From Nitrosopumilus sp. (lineage in GTDB: Archaea > Thermoproteota > Nitrososphaeria > Nitrososphaerales > Nitrosopumilaceae): 64,000 nt of DNA. Under the pieces are notes generated by a model. That model saw nothing but the letters and a program-made list of their open reading frames with translations, made no database searches and had not been told where the DNA came from. A program made the translations under genes and the position numbers. Below, piece by piece: positions 29,789-41,826 of the stretch; position 1 is the stretch's first letter; each line of letters opens with the position of its first letter. The stretch covers positions 1,088,001-1,152,000 of the forward strand of contig OZ245040.1 in the NCBI GenBank assembly GCA_965224195.1. Reading direction: 5' to 3'.

Positions 29789-30418
29789 TTATCTACTTTC
29801 CATCTTTGCCTTCACTTTTTTTAACTTTGCGAATTCTTCTCTTTCTCTCTCTTCAAGAGTAGAGAGAATAAATCGAATATTTTCTTTGTATTGAGGAATA
29901 ATTACATTTTCAAGTGCATTTAGTAACTTTTGTGTCTTTTCTAATGCTTTTGCAAGACTAAAAATAGAATTTTCATATTCTGCTACTTTACAAATTTTTG
30001 GCATCAATTCTTTGATTTGTTTTGCTGCTCTATCAATTGAAGAATTTGTATCTGCAAATCCATAAGGCATTGATTTTGTATCTTTTTCAGTTACAGCAAG
30101 TGCAGGAATTTTTACATCAACAACTCTTCTAACATGAACTTCTACTTCCATAACAGGAGGAGTAGATTCTGCAACAGAGTCGACAGTATTAGTGCCAAGT
30201 GCTAGATATGCTTCGTTAACTGATTTGTAAATATCTTGTAAAGGATCCCAAATTCCACCTCTTGCTTTAGATGCTTCCTGGATCATTTCTTCAATATTTT
30301 TTAAGAGAACTTTACGTTTATCATCTAAAATTTGTTGAACCATAACAGCGATTTGTGTTGATTTTTTATATTTGAAAAGTTCAATCTTTGTTGCTGCAAC
30401 GTTTTGTCCAAATGACAT
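29789..30418 (-). CDS. atpD: A-type ATP synthase subunit D
   Basis: LNALENVIIP, LEEREREEF. Confidence 0.95.
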   Translation of the reverse strand: MSFGQNVAATKIELFKYKKSTQIAVMVQQILDDKRKVLLKNIEEMIQEASKARGGIWDPLQDIYKSVNEAYLALGTNTVDSVAESTPPVMEVEVHVRRVVDVKIPALAVTEKDTKSMPYGFADTNSSIDRAAKQIKELMPKICKVAEYENSIFSLAKALEKTQKLLNALENVIIPQYKENIRFILSTLEEREREEFAKLKKVKAKMESR

Positions 30419-30422
30419 TCAG

Positions 30423-31808
30423 TTACTCTTCCTTGTAATATTTTTCTACGTGCTTGTCTTTGATTTTAGTAATCTCATTCTTTGGTAATTTTGATATAAT
30501 CTTCCACATAAGAGCAAGTGTTTCTTCAATTGTTCTGTTCTCATCAGTTGCTTGTGTAAGAAATTCTTTTTCAAAAGTATCACCAACATCCATGTATTTG
30601 AGGTCAATTTCAGTAAGTCCTGCTTTACCTACAATACCTGCAAGTGCTCTTACTTCTTGTGCCCTAGAATATGCATCATAAACTTGGTTAGAAACTTCAC
30701 TGTGATCTTCTCTAGTACTTCCTTCACCAATTCCGTCTTTCATTAGTCTACTAAGACTAGACAAAATATTGATTGGTGGATAAACTCCTTGTCTGAACAA
30801 ATCTCTACCAACTACCATTTGTCCCTCAGTAATGTATCCAGTAAGGTCAGGAATTGGGTGAGTAATATCATCAGATGGCATTGATAAAATTGGAACTTGT
30901 GTAACACTTCCTTTTCTTCCATTAAGTTTTCCTGCTCTTTCATAAAGTGTTGAAAGATCAGTGTAAAGATAACCAGGATATCCCTTTCTTCCAGGAACTT
31001 CTTCTCTTGCTGCACTAATCTCTCTTAGTGCCTCTGCATAGTTTGTCATATCAGTAATTACAACTAGAACGTGCATTCCTAAATCAAATGCCAAATATTC
31101 TGCTACAGTTAATGCTACACGAGGTGTGATGATTCTTTCGATTGCAGGATCATCTGCTGTATTTAGAAATAGAACACTTCTTTTGAGTGCACCAGATTCT
31201 TCAAGACTTCTTCTGAAATATTCTGCTTCACTGTATTGCACACCGATTGCTGCAAATACTACAGCAAAGTCATCTTGTTTTCCAACAACACTTGCTTGTC
31301 TTGCAATTTGTGCTGCCAAAAGATTGTGAGACATACCAGAACCAGAAAAGATTGGAAGTTTTTGTCCTCTAACTAGAGTCATCAATCCATCAATTACAGA
31401 TACACCGGTTTGAATGAAATCTTTTGGATATTCACGTTGTTCTGGATTCATTGGTTCTCCGTTAATATCTACAAATTTATCAGCAATTGGATCTGGGAGT
31501 CCATCTTTTGGTCTTCCTAATCCATCAAATACTCTACCAAGTACCTCTTTTGATACGGGCATTTCCATAACTTTACCTACAAATTTTGCTTTAGTTCCAG
31601 AGATTGATAATCCAGTTGTTCCTTCAAAGACTTGTACAACTGCTTTACCATTTCCTACTTCGAGAACTTTACCTAATCTTCTTTCTCCTTCAATAGTTTC
31701 AATTTCAACTAGTTCATCAAATGCTGCACTTTCAACATCATCTACAACAACCAGAGGACCTTTGATTTCTGCAATCTTACTGTATTGAACTCCTCCTTCT
31801 GCTGTCAA
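30423..31808 (-). CDS. atpB: A-type ATP synthase subunit B
   Basis: [26 protein letters not shown]. Confidence 0.97.
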   Translation of the reverse strand: MTAEGGVQYSKIAEIKGPLVVVDDVESAAFDELVEIETIEGERRLGKVLEVGNGKAVVQVFEGTTGLSISGTKAKFVGKVMEMPVSKEVLGRVFDGLGRPKDGLPDPIADKFVDINGEPMNPEQREYPKDFIQTGVSVIDGLMTLVRGQKLPIFSGSGMSHNLLAAQIARQASVVGKQDDFAVVFAAIGVQYSEAEYFRRSLEESGALKRSVLFLNTADDPAIERIITPRVALTVAEYLAFDLGMHVLVVITDMTNYAEALREISAAREEVPGRKGYPGYLYTDLSTLYERAGKLNGRKGSVTQVPILSMPSDDITHPIPDLTGYITEGQMVVGRDLFRQGVYPPINILSSLSRLMKDGIGEGSTREDHSEVSNQVYDAYSRAQEVRALAGIVGKAGLTEIDLKYMDVGDTFEKEFLTQATDENRTIEETLALMWKIISKLPKNEITKIKDKHVEKYYKEE

Positions 31809-33583
31809 TTTGATACCTTCACTCCTGAAATTGCTTTGAATTGTTCTTGCATATCTTTATCTAATTGATCAAGTTTTGGCATCTCATCATCTTTGACATC
31901 CATTCTTGCTTTGAGTAAACTGGTTATTACAGATAATTCACGTATGTCAGATAGTGCTGCACCTTCTTTGAGTGCTTGTTGTCCTTTTTTGTAAAAGTCA
32001 ACACATAATTTCATTAATTTGAATTGTTTTTCTGGACTACAAAAAGTATCAACATCATCAAATGAGTTTTGTTGTAACAAACCAATTTTTACCATTCTTG
32101 CAACCTCAAGAATTAGTTTTTCTTCATCAGGTAATGCTTCAGGACCTAAGAGTCTGACAATTTCTTTTAGTGTATCTTCTCTTTGTAGAATACCATAAGT
32201 TTCACCTCTAATGCTAAACCAATCTTCACTAATGTTTTCAGTCCACCATTTTGCAATATCTGTAAGATAACCAGAATAACTGTTCATCCAGTTAATTGAT
32301 GGATAGTGTCTAGAGTATGCAAGTTTTGCATCCAATGCCCAGAAAGTTTTGATAAATCTCATTGTGTGAGTTGTAACTGGTTCTGTAAAGTCACCACCAG
32401 ATGGAGATACAGCACCAATCAAAGTAACTGAACCATTACGTTCTGGACTACCAGATGCTTGAACACGACCTGCTCTTTCATAAAATTCTGCTAATCTAGA
32501 TGCTAAGTATGACGGATAACCTTCTTCTGCAGGCATCTCTTCTAATCTTCCACTCATTTCTCTAAGTGATTCAGCCCATCTACTTGTAGAATCTGCTACA
32601 AGTACAACGTCTTTACCCATATCTCTATAATATTCTGCAATTGTGACACCAGTGTAAATACTTGCTTCTCTTGCTGCTACTGGCATGTTACTTGTATTTG
32701 CGACAAGGACAGTTCTATCCATTAATGGTTTTCCACTACGTGGATCTTTAAGATGTGGGAATTCAACTAACACTTCAGTCATTTCGTTTCCTCTTTCACC
32801 ACAACCAATGTAAACAACAACTTGAGAATCAGCCCATTTTGCAATTTGGTGCAATGTAACAGTTTTTCCTGTTCCAAATGCTCCAGGAATTGAACCAGTT
32901 CCCCCTTTTGCAATTGGGAAGAATGTATCAATGACACGTTGACCGGTTAAGAGCGGTACAGTTGGATCGTGTCTTTTATTGTAAGGACGTGGTTTTCGTA
33001 CAGGCCATTTGTGATACATTTTGACAGGAATTGATTGTCCATCTTTCTCAATAGTAGCCATTACAGTTTCTAAATCATAATCTCCTTCAGATACAAGGTT
33101 TGAAAGTTTTCCACCTACATAATCTGGTGGAAGCATGATAGGGTGGTCTATAAGATCAGTTTCTTTAACAGTTCCAATAACATCTCCTGCTACAACTTCA
33201 TCGCCATTACTTGCAGATGGAATAAAGTGATATTTTTTTGTCATATCAACTGCAGTTGTTGTGATACCCCTTCCAATGAAAGAACCAGATGCTTTAGATA
33301 ATTCTTTTAGCGGTCTTTGAATTCCATCATAAAGTTGTCCAATAATTCCAGGACCTAATAATACACTGAGTGGGTTTCCAGTACCTACCACAGGCTCACC
33401 TGGTTTAAGACCACTTGTTGATTCGTATACTTGAATAAATGCGACCTCTCCGGTTAATCGAATAACTTCGCCTACTAATTTTGAATTACCTACAGTTACA
33501 GTTTCATACATTTTTGCATCAGACATACCATCTGCTTTTACAGCTGGGCCACTTACCCAAACAATTCTACCCTGAGCTGCCAT
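31805..33583 (-). CDS. atpA: A-type ATP synthase subunit A
   Basis: [27 protein letters not shown]. Confidence 0.97.
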   Translation of the reverse strand: MAAQGRIVWVSGPAVKADGMSDAKMYETVTVGNSKLVGEVIRLTGEVAFIQVYESTSGLKPGEPVVGTGNPLSVLLGPGIIGQLYDGIQRPLKELSKASGSFIGRGITTTAVDMTKKYHFIPSASNGDEVVAGDVIGTVKETDLIDHPIMLPPDYVGGKLSNLVSEGDYDLETVMATIEKDGQSIPVKMYHKWPVRKPRPYNKRHDPTVPLLTGQRVIDTFFPIAKGGTGSIPGAFGTGKTVTLHQIAKWADSQVVVYIGCGERGNEMTEVLVEFPHLKDPRSGKPLMDRTVLVANTSNMPVAAREASIYTGVTIAEYYRDMGKDVVLVADSTSRWAESLREMSGRLEEMPAEEGYPSYLASRLAEFYERAGRVQASGSPERNGSVTLIGAVSPSGGDFTEPVTTHTMRFIKTFWALDAKLAYSRHYPSINWMNSYSGYLTDIAKWWTENISEDWFSIRGETYGILQREDTLKEIVRLLGPEALPDEEKLILEVARMVKIGLLQQNSFDDVDTFCSPEKQFKLMKLCVDFYKKGQQALKEGAALSDIRELSVITSLLKARMDVKDDEMPKLDQLDKDMQEQFKAISGVKVSN

Positions 33584-33586
33584 ATT

Positions 33587-34204
33587 CTAATTTCCCACTC
33601 CGAATTTTGCTGCAATATCTTTCCTTATTAAAGGCTTCAGACGTTCAATTCTTGCATCGATCGTGTTATCGAATGTCATTGTACCATCTTTAGATTTCAC
33701 TCTAATTCCTCCAAGACATTCAATTGTTTCAGATGATAACTCAGCTCCTGAAAATTGAAAAATTGTTGATTGGACAACGTCTTTGTCTTTTGCATTTGTG
33801 AAAATTGTTATTTCTGAAGTACCTAAAATTTGAGTTGCCTCTTCAATCAAAGCCTTAATAAGATTTGAATAATCACCACTGCGATCAGCATTTGCAATTT
33901 GCTCTAATGCAGATGTAAATACTCTATCAACTGCTTCCTCTAGAGCCATTAATTGTTTATTTCTGGCTTCAATATCTGAACCTCCTGTGATCTGTTTTTC
34001 AATCTTATCAGCCTCTTTTTTACCATCTGAGATAATTTTATCATATTCACCTTCTAATCTAGGAATAGCATCATCAAGTTTTTGCTGGGATTCATCTAAT
34101 CCAGATTTAATGTTTGTGAGAATATCTTTTTCAGTATTTTTTAGAATTTTGTCAATTGTACTTTCTAATGCAGAATTAGATGCCAATGGGTGCCGTTTAT
34201 CCAT
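33587..34204 (-). CDS. atpE: A-type ATP synthase subunit E
   Basis: CLGGIRV...FDNTIDAR; operon position. Confidence 0.92.
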   Translation of the reverse strand: MDKRHPLASNSALESTIDKILKNTEKDILTNIKSGLDESQQKLDDAIPRLEGEYDKIISDGKKEADKIEKQITGGSDIEARNKQLMALEEAVDRVFTSALEQIANADRSGDYSNLIKALIEEATQILGTSEITIFTNAKDKDVVQSTIFQFSGAELSSETIECLGGIRVKSKDGTMTFDNTIDARIERLKPLIRKDIAAKFGVGN

Positions 34205-34273
34205 AATGGATTTTAATGTTTGGGATGAGAATCAGAAAGATATTAAACTCAATGAAAGTACCCAAAATTTGTC

Positions 34274-36373
34274 TTGGGAACAGCCGATCTAAAACTAGGA
34301 ACCGTAATTTTACCAAGAAGTGAGTCGCCAAAAGCAATTTCTAGACTAACAGAGTTTGAGTGGTATCACAAAATTGATTCTGCTGATGATTTAGTTACGC
34401 CTGAAATTGATGATTTACTACTAAAAGCACAGCAAACTTACCAATCCATTGATGATGTCATCAAAGGAATGGGGATTCCTCTAGAAGTAGGAATTATGGA
34501 GATTTTGTTCAAAGGTACTGTAATCAAGAAAAAAGACTATGAGATTAATGAAATTGAAGATATGGTAGAGCAGATTACTAAAGAATCTCCATCAATTATT
34601 GATAAACCAGCATCACTGTTAGAAGAAGCCGCAACTGCAAGAGTTTCCATTGAGGAATACAAGTCTCTCAAAGATACCTTAGAAGTAATCAGAAAAATGA
34701 AGATGGATATTTCTGGATTTGGTTTAATGAGACACTTTTTTACAAATCTCTTTGTGATTAATTCTGCTGACTTTGATGAGATTAACCGTTCACTTGAAGG
34801 CATTACAGTTTACAAATATGATTTAGAGAATAAAGAAAAAGCAGCAATCTTAGTAATTTCAGATACTACTGATTCTGAAAAAGTTTTAAAAGTTTTAAGA
34901 AGTTTCAATTCAAACTCATTTAAAATTCCAGAAGGATTTCCTCAAATTCCTAGTGATGCATATGCATTAGCAGAATCAAAAATTAAAGAACTAGAAACAA
35001 AACAAGCTTCAATTAAAAAAGAATTAGGAAAAATTACAAAGAAAATTAGACGAGATATTCTAGCACTTCATGAGAAATCACAAGTTGCAAAAGATGTTCT
35101 TGAGACTTTGAGAAAACCTGGAGGAACAAAAAACTTTGCAGTGATTCAGGGCTTTATTCCAAAGAAGATGGAAGCAAAATTCACAGAATCAACTAAACAA
35201 TGGATGTCAGTTGTTGAGGACATCACAGATCCTAAACTAAAAGAAGAGATTCCAACCTTATTTGACAATAAACGATTTGTTAGAACTTTTGAAGTGATCA
35301 CAAAAAGTCAAGGTATTCCAAAGGCCGGAGAGCCAGATCCAACGCCTATGATTGCCCTAATGTGGCCAATTTTCTACGGATTGATGTTTGCAGATATGGG
35401 TCACGGATTATTACTTATGGCATTAGGATTACTATTCAAATTCAAAGGACAAGGCGAGCTATCAAAATGGGGAATGCTCATTGCAATCTCTGGTGCATCA
35501 GCAGCTATTGCTGGTGTAGGCGCAGGAGAAGCGTTTGGTTTCCATCTTGATCATATGGGTCCATTTGAAGGATTGTTAGAAGAAGGTGGAGCATTACATT
35601 CTGTTAGTTGGTTAGTTGGAATTCTCAGTGTTGCTGAATTAACATTTGATCAAGTAATCAATATTCTCAAAGTTTCATTATTCATTGGAATTGTACATTT
35701 AGTTTGGGCAATGACTCTACGTGTAATTAGATTAGCAAAAGAAGGGCACAAGATGGTAGTCTTTACTGAAGCAATTCCAAACATTGCACTTTACGGAGGA
35801 ATTGTTGTTATCATGATGTGTGCAATTGGTTCACAATATGATGTGATGAACATGTATTCCAAAGTTCATACAGAATCTGTTCCTTGGGTTACAATGTTCT
35901 TAGGAGATTGGGCACAAGTTTGGATTATTACAAGAATTTCAATTATTATCGTAATTGCATCAATGGCAATCATGATGGTTGGTGGTGTAATGCATGCAAA
36001 GAAACATCCTGAAGATGGAGCGGATCCTGCAAGTGTCATCATGGAAGTTCTCTTAGGTAAAACAGTAGAGAGTTTAGCTCACACAATTAGTTATGCTCGG
36101 CTTGGAATTATGTTACTTGTACATGCGGCTTTGCTGATGACAGTAAACAATGCGTTCACATCATTAGGTGGTTCTGAATCAGGTGCTGCAATGGTCATGA
36201 TCATTGGAGGTAACTTAGGAATTATGATGATTGAAGGATTAATTGTGTATATCCAGTCACTCAGATTGCACTTGTATGAATTCTTTACAAAATGGTACGT
36301 AGGTGGTGCACAACCATTTAGACAAATTAGACCAGAGTTGATTTACAATCAATTCATTTGGAAGAAAAAATAG
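34274..36373 (+). CDS. atpI: A-type ATP synthase subunit I (a), divergently transcribed
   Basis: FYGLMFADMGHG, ISYARL, LRLHLYEFFTKWY. Confidence 0.96.
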   Translation: MGTADLKLGTVILPRSESPKAISRLTEFEWYHKIDSADDLVTPEIDDLLLKAQQTYQSIDDVIKGMGIPLEVGIMEILFKGTVIKKKDYEINEIEDMVEQITKESPSIIDKPASLLEEAATARVSIEEYKSLKDTLEVIRKMKMDISGFGLMRHFFTNLFVINSADFDEINRSLEGITVYKYDLENKEKAAILVISDTTDSEKVLKVLRSFNSNSFKIPEGFPQIPSDAYALAESKIKELETKQASIKKELGKITKKIRRDILALHEKSQVAKDVLETLRKPGGTKNFAVIQGFIPKKMEAKFTESTKQWMSVVEDITDPKLKEEIPTLFDNKRFVRTFEVITKSQGIPKAGEPDPTPMIALMWPIFYGLMFADMGHGLLLMALGLLFKFKGQGELSKWGMLIAISGASAAIAGVGAGEAFGFHLDHMGPFEGLLEEGGALHSVSWLVGILSVAELTFDQVINILKVSLFIGIVHLVWAMTLRVIRLAKEGHKMVVFTEAIPNIALYGGIVVIMMCAIGSQYDVMNMYSKVHTESVPWVTMFLGDWAQVWIITRISIIIVIASMAIMMVGGVMHAKKHPEDGADPASVIMEVLLGKTVESLAHTISYARLGIMLLVHAALLMTVNNAFTSLGGSESGAAMVMIIGGNLGIMMIEGLIVYIQSLRLHLYEFFTKWYVGGAQPFRQIRPELIYNQFIWKKK

Positions 36374-36385
36374 AATTAGAAAAAT

Positions 36386-37179
36386 CTAATCATTTTCATA
36401 AAGATTTATTGTAACTTTTGTAGTCCACGGTTTTAGATTATCAGGAAAGATTACTAGTAAACCACTATCTTTTTTGATATTTTCACAGGTTCCACTATAG
36501 CTTTGTTTGTTTATTCCATAGCAACCAGAGTCTGTGTAATAATCAAATTTTGAATTTACAAAGTTTTCACGTTCTTCAGATGATGGAACAAAATATACAT
36601 CAAAACCCAAATTTTTATTGTCAGTTTTTACACTATAATTGTATGATGTGGTATCCTGTGAAGTACAAATTGGGAAAAATTGCACATATCCATTTTTAAT
36701 TTTTAGTTGCTGCTCTGAATTATCATAATTTTTGTTCTCAATGTCGGGATATACAGAAACGCTAGGATCTGTACTTAGCTGTTGTCCTTGGACATATTCT
36801 ATTTCATGTCTTACAGTATCTATGGCTTTTCTATACAACATTGGTTGCCATTCTTCTTGACAATCGCTGAATTCATGTTTTAATTCAACATATGATTTGT
36901 CATTGATTTTATGAAGTTGGTTTGTGTTGTATTCTTTAGATTCAGCATCAAAGACATGATTAACGTTATTGATTTTATCTGATTCATGCCAAGTATTTGT
37001 TACTTCAAAAATAATATTCTTTGAATCACTTTGCCATTCAGATAACAAGTGAACATACACTGAATACTTGTTTACAACTTCTTGGGTTTCAGATGCAAAA
37101 ATCAAATGTCCAAAAAACATATTTACAAAAATTATGGAAAATACAAGAACTGGAATTATGGCATAGAGAATTTTATTCA
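36386..37179 (-). CDS. Hypothetical exported protein
   Basis: Probable start MNKILYAIIPVLVF (signal/TM) within ORF 36386..37288. Confidence 0.7.
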
Positions 37180-37297
37180 TTTTGACCTCCAAAACAACAA
37201 AATGATAATCCACAAGACGTGCACAAAAATTGATTGTCCTGAGACCTAATTTCTTTTGAACTGCATTTGGGACATTTTTGGTTGTCAATCATTGCTG

Positions 37298-37780
37298 TCA
37301 TTTTCTTTCCTCCAATTTCGGTTTGAACATAAGACCAATTACTGCACCAAAAACAATATGTCTAAACATAGTCATTGCTGGAACTTCTGGAGATATGTTG
37401 AGTTCTGCTATTCCTGCACCTAATGCAGGTAACATTCCAAACCAAACTGTTGTAACAGTTACAAGCATACCAAAAATTATTCCATGTAACCATATTCTAC
37501 TTTGCATAATTCTAGTAGAAATTGACAAGAAAATATATCCAAAGAATAATGTCAAACCTATACCATTAGAGATATGAAAAAGCTTGCCAATTATTATAGA
37601 AGATTCATGTTCTCCTACAACTAACATTCCAAGTACTGCTGAAATATCAAGTGGTACACCTGTAATTTCCATATCTACGTATGCTGCTATGTAAAAAGAA
37701 AAAGTTGCCACTAGTCCAGTAATGATTAGACTAGAAAATTTTTGATTTGTGTAAAAAGAAATTTTCATCATATTCATCAC
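37298..37780 (-). CDS. Hypothetical membrane protein
   Basis: About 4 TM segments with conserved-looking His residues. Confidence 0.7.
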   Translation of the reverse strand: MMNMMKISFYTNQKFSSLIITGLVATFSFYIAAYVDMEITGVPLDISAVLGMLVVGEHESSIIIGKLFHISNGIGLTLFFGYIFLSISTRIMQSRIWLHGIIFGMLVTVTTVWFGMLPALGAGIAELNISPEVPAMTMFRHIVFGAVIGLMFKPKLEERK

Positions 37781-38085
37781 TCTATTTTTTTAAGGTACTC
37801 CACTGCTTGTGCGGTTGTCCATAATGGAACAATTTTTGTTGCATTAAATTTTGCAACATTAGTCTCTACCATAAGATCCCAAATTACATGTGCACCAGGA
37901 GCTTCAACTATCCATTCAAAGGTATGTTCTAAACCAGAATGATACATTGATAAGACTTTGATTCCTTTTGCGTTTGCATCTTTTTCAAAAGTAGAACCCG
38001 CTTCTATTAGCAATTTTCTGTTTTCTTTATTGTTTAATGGACATGCTTCAGTTGTATGACTACCATAGATTCCATAGGTTCCCAT
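37777..38085 (-). CDS. Hypothetical protein (HxxExCP motif)
   Basis: 102-aa ORF overlapping the next gene by 4 nt. Confidence 0.7.
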   Translation of the reverse strand: MGTYGIYGSHTTEACPLNNKENRKLLIEAGSTFEKDANAKGIKVLSMYHSGLEHTFEWIVEAPGAHVIWDLMVETNVAKFNATKIVPLWTTAQAVEYLKKIE

Positions 38086-38123
38086 TGCTTGTTGTGTTGT
38101 ATTTTCTATAATCTTCTATAACT

Positions 38124-38181
38124 AAAATTGATAATATTGTACACGGAAGAAAATTTTGTTTAAAATTTCCGATTTGGTAGT
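38124..38181. promoter_or_regulatory. Conserved promoter/operator box, copy 1
   Basis: AAAATTGATAATA...CGGAA-N18-TTCCG-ATTTGGTAGT, shared with 40336-40393. Confidence 0.6.
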
Positions 38182-38263
38182 GGTTTTGGCCTGATTTAAG
38201 AACAAATGCCTTTGTATTTTCCGAACTGGAAATAAATAAAATCTAGTATGACACAATGACCAC

Positions 38264-39246
38264 ATGACAGATGAAATTGATAAAATCATTTTATCGCATC
38301 TAGGGAAAAATGCAAGGATTTCATCCCAAAACATTGCAAAAAATCTTCAAGATTTAGGATATACCATTACTGATAGAGCAATAAGACAAAGACTAGCAAG
38401 ATTGGAAAAAAATGATGTGATATTAGGCTATTCTGTAATTTTAAATCCCAATATCGTTTCAGAAAAAATTAATCGAACTATACTGCTAAAATTCAAACGT
38501 AATGAAAAAACAGATGAGCTTACTAATCTACTAATCAAATATGTGGAAGAATCAAATTTTTGTATTTATTCAAGTAAATTAAGTGGGGATTTTGATTGAA
38601 TATGTCATTTTGTATTTGATTCTATTGAACAATATGATTTAGAATCACATAATTTACTAAATAGATTTAGTAATTTGATTTCTGACTTTCGTTCTTATGA
38701 ATCAAAAACTATCAAATCTTCCCCTTACATGATTTATGGTGAAGATGAAGATGAAGAAAAGAAAGCACAAGTGTATAAAATTTTAAAAGCATTAAAGAAA
38801 CATGATAATATCAATGATAGATTACAAGCAATTACTGATAGTCTGATAAAATATTTTGATGGGTATTTTGCACGATTATGGTTTGTTGATAAAGATAGAA
38901 AAAATTTGATTTTAAAATTTAGTGCAGGTAAATACAAGAATATTGAAGGAGATTTGCCAAAGTTTCTATCGATTCGTTAAAGATAGGACCAGTAGTAAAA
39001 ACACGAAAAGCTGTAGTTACAAATGATGTAGCAAATGATCCCAGAATTAAACATCATGATTGGGCAAAAAAAGAGAAATTAAAATCATTTGCAGCATATC
39101 CTCTAGTCTATAAGAAAAAGTCTATTGCAGTACTGGCAATGTTTAGCAAAAAGAAACTTACACATGTAGATTTTGAGATTTTAGGTATATTTTGTGACCA
39201 ATTATCTAAAGAACTAACTGGCTTTTTTGAGGCTAAAGATTTCTAA
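38264..39246 (+). pseudogene. Lrp/AsnC + GAF transcriptional regulator, broken by a stop and a frameshift
   Basis: DEIDKIIL..L..NARIS HTH; TGA at 38597; frameshift near 38950; downstream VVTNDVANDPRI..SFAAYPL GAF motif. Confidence 0.8.
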
Positions 39247-39281
39247 TCTGAATAAAAAGAAAGAAAGGCCATTTGGCCAAT

Positions 39282-40331
39282 CTATTGTACAGAGTTTACA
39301 AATTCTCTCATTTGTTTTGCAACAAAGTCAAGGTTTTCTTCAAATACAAAGTGACCTGTATCAAGGAGATGTTTTTCTACATTCTCTAAATCACGTTCAT
39401 ACTGGTGTGCACCGCTTGCAGGGAAAATGTAGTCATTTTCGCCCCATACAATTAATGCTGGTGGTTGATGTTCACGTAATGACTCTTGCCATTGAGGATA
39501 CAATGGAACGTTTGTTCTGTAGTCATATGCCATTGCAAGTTGAATTGCAACGTTTCTTGGTCTAGCAAGTCCTGCTTGATCTGTAGTCCATGTTACAGGA
39601 TCAACTGCTTCTGGATTTCTCATTCCAAATTGATATTGCCACTGAGTAGTTTCTGGTGCTACTAAGTAGTGTAATTTGGATTCATTTTCTAGAGTTGGAT
39701 CATTCCACCAAACTTTCCAATCATCCCAAAATTCTTCTAATCCTTCATCGTAAGCATTTGCGTTTTGTATTACAAATCCTTGGACTTTTTCTGGATTGTT
39801 ATCAAAGAGTCTGAATCCTACTGGTCCACCATAGTCCATTACATAGAGAGGGTATTGATCTAGTTCTAATTTCTCTGTAAACTGTTCTACGATTTGTGTC
39901 TGATGATCAAATGTATATTCAAACTTATCAGTTGTTGGCATTGAACTTCTTCCATAACCTATCATGTCAGGTGCGATAACATGGAATTCATCTGCTAATT
40001 CTGGAACAAGATTTCTAAACATGTGTGAAGATGTTGGAAATCCGTGTAACAGTAATATTGTTGGTGCGTCAGAAGATCCTGCTTCCAAATAAAAAACGTC
40101 GAGGCCTTCAATTTTTATTGTTTTTTCTGCTACAGTAATTGCATTTACTTCAGAACATAAAACTCCGCCACAGACAATGTTGTCTGTTGCTGATCCATAT
40201 TTGAGTAATGGATTTCCTACGGATTTTAGTTCTGATGCGTCATCAATTAGAGCAGGAGTAATGGCCATTGTCAAAGACAATATTGCAACCAAACTCATGA
40301 TTGTTGATTTGTTATTCATGAAGTAATTCAA
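39282..40331 (-). CDS. Exported alpha/beta hydrolase (epoxide hydrolase/haloalkane dehalogenase-like)
   Basis: LLHGFP, APDMIGYGRS, MDYGG, TGHF; N-terminal signal peptide. Confidence 0.9.
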   Translation of the reverse strand: MNYFMNNKSTIMSLVAILSLTMAITPALIDDASELKSVGNPLLKYGSATDNIVCGGVLCSEVNAITVAEKTIKIEGLDVFYLEAGSSDAPTILLLHGFPTSSHMFRNLVPELADEFHVIAPDMIGYGRSSMPTTDKFEYTFDHQTQIVEQFTEKLELDQYPLYVMDYGGPVGFRLFDNNPEKVQGFVIQNANAYDEGLEEFWDDWKVWWNDPTLENESKLHYLVAPETTQWQYQFGMRNPEAVDPVTWTTDQAGLARPRNVAIQLAMAYDYRTNVPLYPQWQESLREHQPPALIVWGENDYIFPASGAHQYERDLENVEKHLLDTGHFVFEENLDFVAKQMREFVNSVQ

Positions 40332-40335
40332 TACA

Positions 40336-40393
40336 AAATTGATAATAGTCTCCTCGGAAAGGAAATTGAATCTAAAATTTCCGATTTGGTAGT
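40336..40393. promoter_or_regulatory. Conserved promoter/operator box, copy 2
   Basis: 21-bp identity TAAAATTTCCGATTTGGTAGT with 38161-38181; CGGAAA...TTTCCG dyad. Confidence 0.6.
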
Positions 40394-40502
40394 ATTTTCA
40401 GCATGAAGTCACTCTAAAAATACCCACAATTTCCAAATTGGAAAATTAAATTACAAATTTTCAAGGTTTAAATCCGTAAAGGCTTGGACCTTTCTTATTT
40501 CC

Positions 40503-41389
40503 AACTAATCCCAAAACTAACCGTTTAGGCAAATTTTGATGATCATCGGGATCTGTCTGCATTAACACCAACACTCATTTTCATGAAATTCACAGAAATG
40601 ACAGATTCGCAATGGAACACAACAAGGCCACATCTGCCAAGACCGGCAAGTACTGGCAGGCAAAGTGCAGACGACAGGACCACAATTGATGCAATAATGT
40701 TTGTACTGATTACGGGCTGCAGATGGATTGACCTGCCTTCAAGGTATGGCTCCAAATCATCTGCACACAGGAGATTCCAAAATCTGCAGCAGAAAGGAAT
40801 TTGAAAAAAGATTCTCAGATGTGCAATAAAATCAGCATACAAGCAAAACAAGATTAACATGCAGAAAATATCAGCTGACTCGTCAACAATCCACAATAAA
40901 AAAGGGGGGCGACGTAACTGGATATGACGGATTCAAGAAGATTCTAGGCACAAAGATACATGTTGCAGCAGAGCAAAACGGATTGCCAATATCAATTGTA
41001 ATGAGTACTGCAAATATTCATGACAGTACAAAATTCATTGATGTCATGCAAAACATTTCAGAGTTTTTGGATGATGATGAGATGGCAGAAGGGACTGTTT
41101 CAGTCCATGCAGAGAAGGGCCATGATGCAAGATGCATCAGAGACTATCTGAGATGCAACGGAATGGGGTGGCTGGCTGCATTCCATACAGGAATAATTCC
41201 AAGCTTGTTGTGCCAAAAAACATGCAAAGCAATTACAGCAGGACCATGTTTGTAGTGGAGAGATTCTTTGCATGGCTCAAGTGTGGATTTAGAAGAACTG
41301 CCATAAGATATGAAAGGAACTGCGAGAACCATCTTGGACTTGTTTACCTGGCATCAATTATGATGTACTGGATAGTATTGGGATGAGTT
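40503..41389 (+). mobile_element. IS5-family element, decayed relative of 17440-18319
   Basis: TIRs AACTAATCCCAAAAC / GTATTGGGATGAGTT; TGCRW, VERFFAWLK..RRTAIRYE; internal stop and frameshift. Confidence 0.9.
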
Positions 41390-41516
41390 GTATAAAGAAT
41401 TGTTTATGACTCATTTTGTTGAGATATCCAACAATTTTCATATCTAAAATTCCATTAGATTGTGTATAGATTACAAGTTCAAAATGTTTAAAGTAACTTG
41501 ATTAACAAAAATAACT

Positions 41517-41780
41517 ATGACAAAAGAGATTGAATCAAAGATTCGAGAATCAAACATCGTTTTTGCTCCCTCATTGCCACGACCAAGAATAACTATGACA
41601 AAAGAGATTGAATCAAAGATTCGAGAATCAAACATCACTAATGCTGAATTAATTGCACATTTTAGAGAGAAATGTAAGATTTGTGGCCATCATCGAATTA
41701 TGCACAATGAACTAGGTGTATGTGAAGGTGTAATGAACAAGCCATGTACATCTGGCTGTGATCTGTTTGAAGCAGAATAA
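41517..41780 (+). CDS. Small Cys/His protein with duplicated N-terminus
   Basis: CKICGH..H..C..C..C; 49-bp duplication at 41510-41558 / 41588-41636. Confidence 0.7.
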   Translation: MTKEIESKIRESNIVFAPSLPRPRITMTKEIESKIRESNITNAELIAHFREKCKICGHHRIMHNELGVCEGVMNKPCTSGCDLFEAE

Positions 41781-41826
41781 AGGATATTTTCCAATTCTTT
41801 AATAGGATATTTTTTGTAATTCCTCT

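Noticed and set aside
29297-36373. ATP synthase cluster lacking subunits C and F, with divergent atpI
   Set aside because: As far as I know this is the ordinary split arrangement in Nitrosopumilus-like AOA
41559-41587. Filler derived from the IS1595 RGRGAKNK region (about 60700-60724)
   Set aside because: Only patchy similarity over about 25 nt; could be chance
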